From the IMG/VR virus record IMGVR_UViG_3300021960_000043, positions 31,232-95,231 of that record: DNA of 64,000 nucleotides; one strand, 5' to 3'. This DNA is from a virus. The position numbers were made by a program, and so were the translations under genes. Under the pieces are notes generated by a model. The model was not told the DNA's origin. It ran no database searches and saw only the letters and a list, made by a program, of their open reading frames with translations. Of this stretch, positions 50,177 to 59,002 are shown piece after piece (within the stretch, counting starts at the first letter, position 1; each line of letters starts with the position of its first letter).

Positions 50177-51139
50177 TTATATTACTTCCTTTCTTATTGT
50201 CGCAACCATAAAGTCGCAGAATGCTTTGTCGGACATCGGCCATACATATATCTTGTCCATAATTTGGCCGTAAGCCGCCATAGCATCGAATAATTTGTCC
50301 TTGTCGGACTCGCTTCTTGAAAACTGTTTTTCTATATCATAATACAATTTCCTCATTACTGACCTCAAAGGCATTCCTTCATTCAGTTTCTTATGTAATG
50401 AGTTTCTAAGTTTCATGTATTTTCCATCTAAGATAAACTCAGCACCATCTTCAGATTCTAGATTAGATAAATGTTCCAATCTTTTACCTAGTGACTCTTT
50501 TTCAGGACTTACAGATTCTAAAAGATTCATACAACCTCTCATATCTCCCTGCATCATTTCCACAAGGGGTATTAGATGTGGTGTCCATGCTTCTAAAACT
50601 TCATCAGTTACACCTACTTCTCTCAATACTTCCCATAATCTACCAGCACCAATGCTAGGAACAACAGGTCTGAAATTGTAAACAGTACACCTAGACTGTA
50701 TAGCAGGTCTTAGTTTCTCTAACTCATTAGCAGTTAGGATGACTAAAGCATTGTGAGAATATGTTTCTATTATTTGTCTAGCAGCATCTTGGGCTGAAGG
50801 AGTAAGACCATCAGCCTCATCAATAACTACTATCTTTCTTTCTACATCTATAGGTTTAATTCTCATTAGATTTTTTAAGTCGTTTCTAATAAAATCAATG
50901 CCCCGTTCATCAGAGCCATTTGTTATTGTGAAATTATGCTCATTGAAAGAATCCCCTAACAACTCATAAGCAGCAACATAGGCTGCTGATGTTTTTCCTG
51001 TTCCTGATGGCCCTGCTAATATTATGGCTCTTGGTGCATCGGTAATGTTTTTCCATTTTCTTAAATCATCAGTAAATATATTTTGACCTACTAACTCATC
51101 AACATTTTTTGGTCGTATCTTCTCGGCCCACATTAGCAT
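50177..51139 (-). CDS. rfcS: Replication factor C small subunit (clamp loader)
   Basis: WAEKIRP, GPSGTGKT, NGSDERGID, DEAD, SRC, GDMR. Confidence 0.95.
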   Translation of the reverse strand: MLMWAEKIRPKNVDELVGQNIFTDDLRKWKNITDAPRAIILAGPSGTGKTSAAYVAAYELLGDSFNEHNFTITNGSDERGIDFIRNDLKNLMRIKPIDVERKIVVIDEADGLTPSAQDAARQIIETYSHNALVILTANELEKLRPAIQSRCTVYNFRPVVPSIGAGRLWEVLREVGVTDEVLEAWTPHLIPLVEMMQGDMRGCMNLLESVSPEKESLGKRLEHLSNLESEDGAEFILDGKYMKLRNSLHKKLNEGMPLRSVMRKLYYDIEKQFSRSESDKDKLFDAMAAYGQIMDKIYVWPMSDKAFCDFMVATIRKEVI

Positions 51140-51152
51140 GTTATAAACAAAG

Positions 51153-51164
51153 ACCTTTATAAAA
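51153..51164 (-). promoter_or_regulatory. TATA-like promoter TTTTATAAAGGT (copy 1)
   Basis: 14-25 nt upstream of the RFC ATG; identical 12-mer at 53608-53619. Confidence 0.65.
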
Positions 51165-51172
51165 GAAAGTTG

Positions 51173-51568
51173 TTAGTTTATAAAGTCAATTTCGTTAATT
51201 TGCTCTTCTACTTCCTCAACCCAAGCAACAAAAGCATCCCAATTTTCATAATTCGGTGGGTTATCTAAGCAATATTTAATCAACTTGTAGTTTGTTTTTT
51301 CCTTAACTTTAAGGTTCAAAGAATATGAATTATCTATCTTCTCAATGAATAAAATAATCTTCCTTAAATCGTTACGGGAAGTATATTCTTCTTTTTTGCT
51401 TCCTAATATTGTTGCCAAAGGGTTTCCTTGTACATCGTCATGAGGGTTTACAACTTTCATCTGTAAGTGATAACCTAGTTTTGAATTAGGTCGTCTTTTC
51501 AAAAAACAATGAAAGTTAAGTGTATGAAACATCCTACCTATATTTATCCAATAACTTTCATCAGCCAT
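51173..51568 (-). CDS. Hypothetical protein, possibly a degenerate LAGLIDADG-fold DNA-binding protein
   Basis: F....KRRPNSKLGY.L hairpin pattern; catalytic motif absent; fold call weak. Confidence 0.4.
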   Translation of the reverse strand: MADESYWINIGRMFHTLNFHCFLKRRPNSKLGYHLQMKVVNPHDDVQGNPLATILGSKKEEYTSRNDLRKIILFIEKIDNSYSLNLKVKEKTNYKLIKYCLDNPPNYENWDAFVAWVEEVEEQINEIDFIN

Positions 51569-51570
51569 GT

Positions 51571-52854
51571 TTACACCATCACATCTACTAGTTGCGATAT
51601 TTCACCTATGCCTTTTTCTGAATCGAAGGTTAAGAATGTGGGTTGTCTGAAGGTTCTTGTGGTAGTATCAAAACTAGGAGAAACAATATCCATTACTATA
51701 CACACATCATCTCCAAGTAAGACTCTCTCATTTCTTATTTGATTCTCTATGTTGTATTTAGATATGGTTCTGTAAAAATACCCCTTGTTATCCATATCTT
51801 GTATTTCTATTTCACCACATAACATAAAATCAGTACCATCAAGTATCTCCATACCTATCTTTAGACTAAACTCATCTGCGTAATAATGAGATATTCTAAC
51901 ACTTCTTATTAAATCATTTAATACTAATATGTAACCACCTAAAGTATGTGGTTCATATGCTTTCATATTAGGAAATCTAACAGTATTACCTTTAGCCCAC
52001 TCTTCAACTATCATCCATGAAGGGATAGGTTTTGGAAAACAAATAATATAATCTTCTAGTATATTTTTATTGTTTAATTTATCTAACCTATTTAGTAAAT
52101 CTAGTTCTTTATCATCAAAGAAATATACATCATATATCACTCCGTCTATTGTATGTTCAATAATAAAATCATCATACGTGGTTAGGACTCTATTGCCTTT
52201 TCCTTCTATTAATTGTGCATAACCATTGTTATATTCTGTTAATATAATTTTATCTGTCCATCTCTTTAACGGTCTACGTTTGTATATTATATGGTTATCT
52301 GTACTCATTAAATGTGGTGTATGAATCATAATATTAATTACTTTATTTAATTGAAAGTCATTACCTCTGTAATTATTCTCTATTATGTTTCCTTTAGTAA
52401 CACCATTTCTTAATGTATTCATAATGAATGTTTCTTTTGTTATTGGTTTTCTTGCACCTAATAGTGTAGACCAAAATAACTTCGCTTCTATTTGATTCAT
52501 TAGTTTAGCACAATCCATAAAACTTGTTTCACCTTGAGAAAATATTCGTAATGTGTTTGCTGCTTCTGTAAGTGAAAACTTTTTTCCATTACCTATACTC
52601 TCACTAGATAGATTTGAAATTAACTCTTTTTTAGTTGATGCTATATCACTAACTACTTCTGTAAACATACCCATCTCTTTTGCTATATGTGTTATCATTT
52701 TCTGATAACTCCACACGTTTACATCTTCTCCAAACAATAGTGTTGAAGCATGACGTAATTCATGGTCGGGTATATTTTTTAATTTATTAACTAAAGGGTC
52801 TTTCCTACCTAACCTATGTTCTTCACACACACTAGATAAAGAATTGAAGTTCAT
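51571..52854 (-). CDS. Degenerate ATP-dependent DNA ligase-like protein
   Basis: Ligase-type N-terminal helical domain (F..L...CE; EAKLFW..LLG) and C-terminal OB (VMDI...FRQPTF...EK...I..L); no KxDG motif. Confidence 0.6.
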   Translation of the reverse strand: MNFNSLSSVCEEHRLGRKDPLVNKLKNIPDHELRHASTLLFGEDVNVWSYQKMITHIAKEMGMFTEVVSDIASTKKELISNLSSESIGNGKKFSLTEAANTLRIFSQGETSFMDCAKLMNQIEAKLFWSTLLGARKPITKETFIMNTLRNGVTKGNIIENNYRGNDFQLNKVINIMIHTPHLMSTDNHIIYKRRPLKRWTDKIILTEYNNGYAQLIEGKGNRVLTTYDDFIIEHTIDGVIYDVYFFDDKELDLLNRLDKLNNKNILEDYIICFPKPIPSWMIVEEWAKGNTVRFPNMKAYEPHTLGGYILVLNDLIRSVRISHYYADEFSLKIGMEILDGTDFMLCGEIEIQDMDNKGYFYRTISKYNIENQIRNERVLLGDDVCIVMDIVSPSFDTTTRTFRQPTFLTFDSEKGIGEISQLVDVMV

Positions 52855-53140
52855 TATTATCACACCATTTACTAGGTCTTGCTTGTGTGCTGACACCAAA
52901 CTCTTTTTTAGTTACTTTCTTTAACGCTTCTATACTGATATGCTTTCCTTCTTTTTTACAATATAGATATACACAATCTACCAATAAACCTCTGTTAGAC
53001 CTTTGAGATACCCAAATATCGTGTTTCAATATCAAGTTATAGTTGTTTAATATTTTCCACATATCGCTATGTTTTAGACCTAATTCTAAACATAGTCTAG
53101 TGGCGTATTCATCTGCATGAAACAAGTAACCCATGTTCAC
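52832..53140 (-). CDS. Single TFB/TFIIB cyclin-repeat protein (mini-TFB)
   Basis: YATRLCLELGL...RS.RGLLVDCVYLYCK..G..IS......FGVS follows the TFIIB repeat. Confidence 0.6.
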   Translation of the reverse strand: MNMGYLFHADEYATRLCLELGLKHSDMWKILNNYNLILKHDIWVSQRSNRGLLVDCVYLYCKKEGKHISIEALKKVTKKEFGVSTQARPSKWCDNNELQFFI

Positions 53141-53574
53141 TCACCTGTTTTCATTCTATGAATTAATTTTTTTAGAGCCTTTATTTTATTTTCATTAACT
53201 GTGTTTTGTCTTTTTAGTTTTTCAACATCTTTCTCAAGTTTCTGATGTTCTGAATCTCTCTCTATCTGTGTCAATCTATTCGATAGTGATTCCACCATGT
53301 TTTTTAATCTAGTAATAGTTTTTTTATCATCTTCATGTGTAGCCATTAAATTAATTATGAAATCTCTTATCTTCTCATCGTTACCACCCTTAGCATATTT
53401 ATTCCTACTTCTTGTAAGACCTGCTCTTGACGTTAAGTTATTTTGAGAAAGTTTACATTCATCGCAATAGTTTTTACCAACGGTCTTTCTTTTTGAGTAA
53501 TAGGATTTACCACATCTATATCCATCTTCTTTTATTTTTGTACAGGTTCTTTCATAAATTATCCCTTTCGACAT
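53137..53574 (-). CDS. Zn-finger plus coiled-coil protein
   Basis: C...CGK.Y...YCDEC then heptads; start MSKG downstream of the promoter. Confidence 0.65.
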   Translation of the reverse strand: MSKGIIYERTCTKIKEDGYRCGKSYYSKRKTVGKNYCDECKLSQNNLTSRAGLTRSRNKYAKGGNDEKIRDFIINLMATHEDDKKTITRLKNMVESLSNRLTQIERDSEHQKLEKDVEKLKRQNTVNENKIKALKKLIHRMKTGE

Positions 53575-53607
53575 TTTTTCACGCTCTATATTATGCTTGA
53601 ATCTAAA

Positions 53608-53619
53608 ACCTTTATAAAA
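53608..53619 (-). promoter_or_regulatory. TATA-like promoter TTTTATAAAGGT (copy 2)
   Basis: Identical to 51153-51164; ~35 nt upstream of ATG 53574. Confidence 0.65.
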
Positions 53620-53683
53620 CAAACACGTATTTATTCTATTTATCATTAGAAATCTCTATTATACAACACGTTTACGACACACT

Positions 53684-54517
53684 ATGAGTGAAGCATTTGA
53701 GCAAGCGTGGTTGCTGCTCAAGTCTCAATTTCAACCAAGTCAAGGTCAAAGAATAGGAGAAGGTGCTAATCAGGTAGTTTACGGTATAGAAGGCGACCCT
53801 GATGTTACTAAACTAGGTCATGGTTACACACTAGATGATATGTATAGCAACAATATACTCTCACAAATGCCTGAAATGGCTAATTTAATTGTTGGGCAAA
53901 AACCATTTGCTTATGATGAAATGTTATCTGATGCTGATATGAAGTTTTTTGAAGGGCGTGGTAAAGGCACACCCGCTGTTATGTCCACTCAAATAAGAGG
54001 TGTGCCTATAGAAGAACAATATAATGATAAAGCAAGAGGATTGACTTTAGCAGGGTCACTCTATGAAGGACACAAATACGGCCAATTGCTAGAAGCGTTG
54101 GGTCTTGCTGATGTTGGCCCTCGTAATTGGATGACGACACCATCAAATAAAGGTATTTTTAATGTTAAGCAGATAACAGGCAATCCTAATGCGATAGAAG
54201 ATAGAGCGTTGATAAACGATGCGATGTTCTATGGGCCTTCAAATCCGGTAGATGGAGAGGCTCGGTTAGCATTTGAAAAAGAAAGGGGTACACCAAGAAA
54301 ATTGGGTACTGAATACACCTTACCTGAAGAACAATCAGAAGCATACCTTCAAACAATGGATAAAAACCCATTTGATGATTTTGTTGAGCCATACTTACAA
54401 TCAGTAGAAGAGTTTTATCCCAAACAACTAGACTCAGTAGCGGGTAAAGGTGGCTCACTAGACCAACAATTAAACACCATCATTCATCGCCTTCGATTGA
54501 TGGGTCTTGACGTTTGA
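53684..54517 (+). CDS. Protein-kinase-like (PKL) fold protein, lone + strand gene
   Basis: IGEGANQVVY glycine loop, VTK lysine, ADVGPRNW catalytic loop, INDAMF metal-binding motif; own TATA at ~53657-53664. Confidence 0.7.
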   Translation: MSEAFEQAWLLLKSQFQPSQGQRIGEGANQVVYGIEGDPDVTKLGHGYTLDDMYSNNILSQMPEMANLIVGQKPFAYDEMLSDADMKFFEGRGKGTPAVMSTQIRGVPIEEQYNDKARGLTLAGSLYEGHKYGQLLEALGLADVGPRNWMTTPSNKGIFNVKQITGNPNAIEDRALINDAMFYGPSNPVDGEARLAFEKERGTPRKLGTEYTLPEEQSEAYLQTMDKNPFDDFVEPYLQSVEEFYPKQLDSVAGKGGSLDQQLNTIIHRLRLMGLDV

Positions 54518-54857
54518 GTCTACGTTGTTCTTCCCAATATCTAGTTTTTTGATTTACTCTAGGATAGGCTTCAGAAACAAGATGGCTAATACCCGGCTCA
54601 CCACTAAACTTCCAAACTGTGCCACATCTCTCACATTCATCTTCATGTCTTGGTGAAGAGGAAAAGTGGAGATTTGCTTGCACAACTTTCCACATAAACT
54701 CAGCAATTCTTTCCTTGAACTTTTCTTCATCACGACCTTCAATTCTGATAATTTGGTCTACCATACCCAACATTCCTCGTAGAGAGTGTGTCCAATACAA
54801 ATCATGTTGGTCTTGTATATCCCACACATTAATCGAATCAAATCTTTTCTCACTCAT
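54480..54857 (-). CDS. Hypothetical protein
   Basis: GAGGTGG RBS, ATGA coupling. Confidence 0.6.
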   Translation of the reverse strand: MSEKRFDSINVWDIQDQHDLYWTHSLRGMLGMVDQIIRIEGRDEEKFKERIAEFMWKVVQANLHFSSSPRHEDECERCGTVWKFSGEPGISHLVSEAYPRVNQKTRYWEEQRRLKRQDPSIEGDE

Positions 54858-55017
54858 TCAACCACCTCGCTGTATACTCTATTTAACCACGCAATTTCTT
54901 GTCTATACCATTTATCCCAACAGTATTGACACAATCCTTCTATTCTTGCTAATCCTTTTGATTTCATTTCAGAACCACATTTACCACAGTAGCAATAATC
55001 ACTCATTCAACCACCTC
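54850..55017. repeat. 19-bp direct repeat TCACTCATTCAACCACCTC (54850-54868, 54999-55017) bounding one gene
   Basis: Read directly; near copy at 55167-55181. Confidence 0.9.
54854..55006 (-). CDS. 50-aa Zn-finger micro-protein
   Basis: Hand-translated CGKC...CQYC; ATGA overlaps. Confidence 0.7.
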   Translation of the reverse strand: MSDYCYCGKCGSEMKSKGLARIEGLCQYCWDKWYRQEIAWLNRVYSEVVE

Positions 55018-55170
55018 AACATATCCTTCTTCTTTGAAACTCGTAGCACCACACCCTTCATTATGATGTTTAACCCAACCTTTAATTTCTTTAAGATAAA
55101 ACCATGTGGGTGAACATTCATCACAAACAGGGCAAATCAAATACCTTGATTGATACCATTGAATCTTCAT
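55003..55170 (-). CDS. 55-aa micro-protein (CPVC...H...C)
   Basis: Hand-translated; ATGA overlaps. Confidence 0.65.
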   Translation of the reverse strand: MKIQWYQSRYLICPVCDECSPTWFYLKEIKGWVKHHNEGCGATSFKEEGYVEVVE

Positions 55171-55727
55171 TCAACCACTTCCATTTCTAACATCTCTGCT
55201 GTCATCTTAGCCTCGTCAAGTTTCACGATGTCTACCTTGATTAAGGAGTCGCCTTTTCTTTCAACCCATGTCATCTCTTGTAGCCTCTCTATCATTTCAT
55301 TCACCTTTTTACTGTGCTTTGCATTCTGCTTCAACCAATCATCTGCTTGTTGTGCTTCCAACATAGCATCAACTATTCTCCTGTACGCTGCTTCTGCAAG
55401 TGGGCCAACTCTATCCTCACCTTTAGGAACAAGTTGTGCTACTAGCATATCTAATAACACCGACACTTGTAACTTAGGTGATACCTTGTTTGGCATTCTT
55501 TGTCTTACAGATTTACATTTCCTGTAACCTCGACCCTGAGTTTTTCCACCCTCATGTGTTTCAGGCGTAATCATCAACGCTGCGCCTGTGTTCAAATCTT
55601 GAACATACAATCGAGGGTCTGAAAAATAGTCATCGTCTTTTGTGTGTCTTTGGTTTTCTTCTTTCGTCAGCATACTAGCAACTTTTGAAAGTGCTTTACC
55701 TGAGCCATCTGTCCATTCTTTATTCAT
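55167..55727 (-). CDS. Hypothetical protein
   Basis: 186-aa ORF in the coupled array. Confidence 0.7.
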   Translation of the reverse strand: MNKEWTDGSGKALSKVASMLTKEENQRHTKDDDYFSDPRLYVQDLNTGAALMITPETHEGGKTQGRGYRKCKSVRQRMPNKVSPKLQVSVLLDMLVAQLVPKGEDRVGPLAEAAYRRIVDAMLEAQQADDWLKQNAKHSKKVNEMIERLQEMTWVERKGDSLIKVDIVKLDEAKMTAEMLEMEVVE

Positions 55728-55730
55728 TCT

Positions 55731-55994
55731 TCATTCATCTCCTTTTCTTTTATTTTTCTCTTCTTCTTCTTTCGCTTTATCAATAGCAACTGCAAGTTGC
55801 CCCAACAGGTTTTCTGCTTGACCTATCGTTAGCCTAAAGCCTCGGCTTGTGTGTGATGTTCCTTCTCTCTCCATATTGTGCATCCTCATATCAACCCACA
55901 CTCTTTGATAATAAGGCACTACGCTCAATACAACATGTCCTTTTCCGTCTTTCCATTTACCTTCTAAACTAGGTGTTCTCCATATCTCTTTCAT
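55731..55994 (-). CDS. PC4/YdbC-like ssDNA-binding protein
   Basis: VVLSV..Y....WVDMR......T.RGF.LT..Q...L fits the PC4 fold. Confidence 0.7.
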   Translation of the reverse strand: MKEIWRTPSLEGKWKDGKGHVVLSVVPYYQRVWVDMRMHNMEREGTSHTSRGFRLTIGQAENLLGQLAVAIDKAKEEEEKNKRKGDE

Positions 55995-56006
55995 TTCTTT
56001 CCTCTC

Positions 56007-56096
56007 CTATTCACCATACACATAACCACATGTACGGCATTTTCTTTCTCCTTTTACTCTTGGGTGTAATGTTTTACATTTGCTTTTCTTACTCAT
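56007..56096 (-). CDS. 29-aa Cys/His micro-protein
   Basis: MSKKSKCKTLH...CRTCGY; GGAG RBS. Confidence 0.45.
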   Translation of the reverse strand: MSKKSKCKTLHPRVKGERKCRTCGYVYGE

Positions 56097-56244
56097 ACAT
56101 TTCTTTCTCCTTTTTCTCCACAGGCGGGCAACAATTGTTTAACAACATACTCCACGCACTCCCTTCTTCACCCTTCCATAAACCATCTTCCCAATCACCA
56201 ACATAGTAATTTTCAACTCGACATAGATTATTTGTGCATATCAT
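56089..56244 (-). pseudogene. Zn-ribbon micro-gene with an apparent 1-bp deletion
   Basis: Adding one base near 56126 restores CPACG and an ATGA overlap with the next gene. Confidence 0.4.
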
Positions 56245-56252
56245 TTCACTCT

Positions 56253-56543
56253 TCATATTGTCGCCCTCATTATCTTTCTTACTTCTTTAATGTCCATCCC
56301 ATACTCAGGATGTTCTTCAGGTAAATACTTACTTCTTTTCTCCATCATGTTAGAAATCACCTTAACGATGTTGCTGGCTGCTTTGTTGAATCTTTGTTCA
56401 GCCACCTTATCATTAGAAGGCACACCAATCATTCTAATCCCATCAATGGTTTCATGGAAAGTTCCCTCTACCCTTGTAACCATTATTGCTTTCAGTATCT
56501 CATACTCAGCATGTTTTACACTCTTGAATCTCATTCTTCCCAC
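56253..56543 (-). CDS. Hypothetical protein
   Basis: ORF track; coupled array. Confidence 0.6.
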   Translation of the reverse strand: MGRMRFKSVKHAEYEILKAIMVTRVEGTFHETIDGIRMIGVPSNDKVAEQRFNKAASNIVKVISNMMEKRSKYLPEEHPEYGMDIKEVRKIMRATI

Positions 56544-56743
56544 TCCAAGTTTAACATATCTATCATTACTTCTATAGAAATATTTTGTTTTTGAACATCA
56601 CCACATCTCGTACACCAAACCTCTACGGTGATAAAATCTTCTGCTGTTCCCGCTAGTGTAACAGTATAGTCATTCAAAAGCACATCTTCATGTAAGCATA
56701 TATTCTCGTCGAGGTATTCTTGACCTCTTCCATCTTCTTTCAT
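56531..56743 (-). CDS. Small Zn-binding protein (CLH...CTRC)
   Basis: GAGGTGA RBS, ATGA coupling. Confidence 0.65.
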   Translation of the reverse strand: MKEDGRGQEYLDENICLHEDVLLNDYTVTLAGTAEDFITVEVWCTRCGDVQKQNISIEVMIDMLNLEWEE

Positions 56744-56899
56744 GCTGTCACCTCTATTCCTTTGTGGTACACACGGTATCGTGTACCGTTAATTGTCCAA
56801 TGTGGAATCGCTACTATTTCTGTTTCATCACAGACATATACCTCTTGGCCTTCTCTCATTTCCATTCTCCATCCTTTGTAATTTTTCATGCTGTCACCT
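56738..56899. repeat. 16-bp direct repeat TTTCATGCTGTCACCT (56738-56753, 56884-56899) bounding one gene
   Basis: Read directly. Confidence 0.9.
56740..56889 (-). CDS. 49-aa micro-protein (MKNYKGWRME...)
   Basis: Hand-translated; ATGA overlaps on both sides. Confidence 0.65.
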   Translation of the reverse strand: MKNYKGWRMEMREGQEVYVCDETEIVAIPHWTINGTRYRVYHKGIEVTA

Positions 56900-57398
56900 T
56901 CTCAATAGCACTATCTATTTCTTTTAGTCTATCTTGTATATCACCATAAGCGTCATAGTAACCATCACCATGAGTATACTCCCCATAACGATAACTTTTA
57001 CACTCATCTTCATAATCCAAATGTGCTTTTGTAAGTAAGGTTCTTGCTCTTAAATCAAGCAACACACGATGTATGAAACTACTACCTTTGATATTCACCA
57101 CATACTTCGATTCTTCTTCACTTTCAGCATATGGGTTTTCACCTATGCAAACATCAACACCGTCAATAATATCTTGTTCCGTATGGTGACAATCGTAATG
57201 ATATGGCAACCAATCCATCAATCTTCGTTTTTCTATCTCATGCTCTTTTTCTATTTTTTCTATGAGTTTCTTTTCATCTTTTCTTTCTGCATCCATCGTT
57301 ACTCCTATCAATACATCCATATCTTCTTTCAGACCTTCAACATGTGCGTATTTATTTTGAAACTTAATTAAACCCATTAAACTTGTATATGATAACAT
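56886..57398 (-). CDS. Hypothetical protein
   Basis: ORF track; GGAGG RBS. Confidence 0.65.
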   Translation of the reverse strand: MLSYTSLMGLIKFQNKYAHVEGLKEDMDVLIGVTMDAERKDEKKLIEKIEKEHEIEKRRLMDWLPYHYDCHHTEQDIIDGVDVCIGENPYAESEEESKYVVNIKGSSFIHRVLLDLRARTLLTKAHLDYEDECKSYRYGEYTHGDGYYDAYGDIQDRLKEIDSAIEKVTA

Positions 57399-57797
57399 TC
57401 ACTCTTCCTCCTGTTCACAGTAAGCAATCATAGCACTACAAGCCCAATTTGGAATGCTTGTGTTCATACCTTCTAACCATAAAGAATTAGTTTTTACAGT
57501 CGGCCCACTATTGTATGTAATTGTATTGTTGAAGTTCCTCAATACATCTATGTTGTGAGCATCATCACTCTCCATGTGTTTATCTATCAACTCTTCGTTA
57601 AACGGACTAGCCCAATAAACAAAGAAACGGTCAATTGCTTCTTCGTTTGATAGTTTGTCTGTTGATACACCACAAACATCCACACGCATTCTTTCATTCG
57701 TTTTCATTCGTTTAGTAGGTATATATGCCTTATATTCATCTCTTATCGCTATTTTTCTTTCATTCCATTTCAATTTTTCTTTTATCTCTTCATTCAT
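57399..57797 (-). CDS. Hypothetical protein
   Basis: ORF track; GAGGTGA RBS. Confidence 0.65.
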   Translation of the reverse strand: MNEEIKEKLKWNERKIAIRDEYKAYIPTKRMKTNERMRVDVCGVSTDKLSNEEAIDRFFVYWASPFNEELIDKHMESDDAHNIDVLRNFNNTITYNSGPTVKTNSLWLEGMNTSIPNWACSAMIAYCEQEEE

Positions 57798-58516
57798 TCT
57801 TCCTCACCTCTATCATTCACTATCATCTCACAATGTTGTCCTATCATCCACTCAGGTATTTTCTCACCATCGAGTGTGAAACCCAACGTCTTGTAGTTGG
57901 AAGCATCATACTCACCCAACTCAATTAACTCAGCCAACTTCCCTCTTGTGTGTGCTTGATATATCACTCCCTCATGTAAGACTCTATGCAAAGCCTCTGC
58001 ACCATACAATAGTGAGTAATCCTGTGGATTGACTATTACTTCTTCATCTGTCTCAGGACATCTCAAAGGCACAGCCCAATGATATAACTCAGTTATATCT
58101 CCATCCTCACTCAACACTTCTTGTGTGTGTACAATCTTTGGGAAGTATTTCAAACCATCAATCTCAGATAGTGGGAAACCACTAGAGGTTCTCCATGAAG
58201 CCACAATTGTGTTATTGTAATCTTCATTCATCTTATCCATATCTTCTTCATTCAATGGTAAATCATCCCACTGTGCATCTTCATCTGTGAAACTGTACCC
58301 TAAGTCAAAAAGCAACATCTTCAATCCTGTTACGTTTTTCATAGGTATGCTGTAGTTTACACATCTAACAAGGCTGACCTTTTTATCTTCAACCTTCTTG
58401 ACAATGAAACCACCACCTTCAGGAAACCACACCGAGTCTATTCTCATACCCTCAAATGTATCTTTCACATGCTGCATCATACTTTTATTCATCCAATTTA
58501 TTTCTCCTTCAATCAT
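57794..58516 (-). CDS. Hypothetical protein
   Basis: 240-aa ORF in the array. Confidence 0.7.
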   Translation of the reverse strand: MIEGEINWMNKSMMQHVKDTFEGMRIDSVWFPEGGGFIVKKVEDKKVSLVRCVNYSIPMKNVTGLKMLLFDLGYSFTDEDAQWDDLPLNEEDMDKMNEDYNNTIVASWRTSSGFPLSEIDGLKYFPKIVHTQEVLSEDGDITELYHWAVPLRCPETDEEVIVNPQDYSLLYGAEALHRVLHEGVIYQAHTRGKLAELIELGEYDASNYKTLGFTLDGEKIPEWMIGQHCEMIVNDRGEEE

Positions 58517-58519
58517 TTT

Positions 58520-58783
58520 TTACACTTCCGTTATATTCAATTTTAATGTGTTGCATTTTTTACACACAACTAATTCTTTTACTCCATCTTCATCGTTTTC
58601 ACATGGTAAGTTGATGGTATTCTCACCACATGTATTACAGCCGTTAATTTCAACCACACAATCAAGTGGTGTGAAAGGATAACCCTCAATCATAAAAGTC
58701 ATAGTATGAGTATGCACATTGTATGTGTCTTTTTCCATAGTAATATTTCCATGTTGGTCTACGCTATCCGGTGTTAGTATCAT
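58520..58783 (-). CDS. Small Zn-ribbon protein (CNTC...CKKC)
   Basis: GAGGTGA RBS. Confidence 0.65.
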   Translation of the reverse strand: MILTPDSVDQHGNITMEKDTYNVHTHTMTFMIEGYPFTPLDCVVEINGCNTCGENTINLPCENDEDGVKELVVCKKCNTLKLNITEV

Positions 58784-59002
58784 TCAATCACCTCTACTGT
58801 ATTCCAATAACATATCACCATCATCACCAGCATACTCCATGAGTATCTTGTATGCACAATCTAATTTGTGATATGCTTCTATCGCTTCGTTAGCATTTTC
58901 ATACTTCACAAACTCATCAAACTCACCTAATGGTGGTTCTGTTTTATCATACCAAATGTGTATTTCATACACAGGTTTTGTTTCGCTTAAGTCTATACTC
59001 AT
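58784..59002 (-). CDS. Hypothetical acidic protein
   Basis: ORF track. Confidence 0.6.
   Translation of the reverse strand: MSIDLSETKPVYEIHIWYDKTEPPLGEFDEFVKYENANEAIEAYHKLDCAYKILMEYAGDDGDMLLEYSRGD

Noticed and set aside
54619-55527. + strand ORFs 54619..55113 and 55150..55527
   Set aside because: They overlap coupled - strand genes that have clear RBS/ATGA junctions
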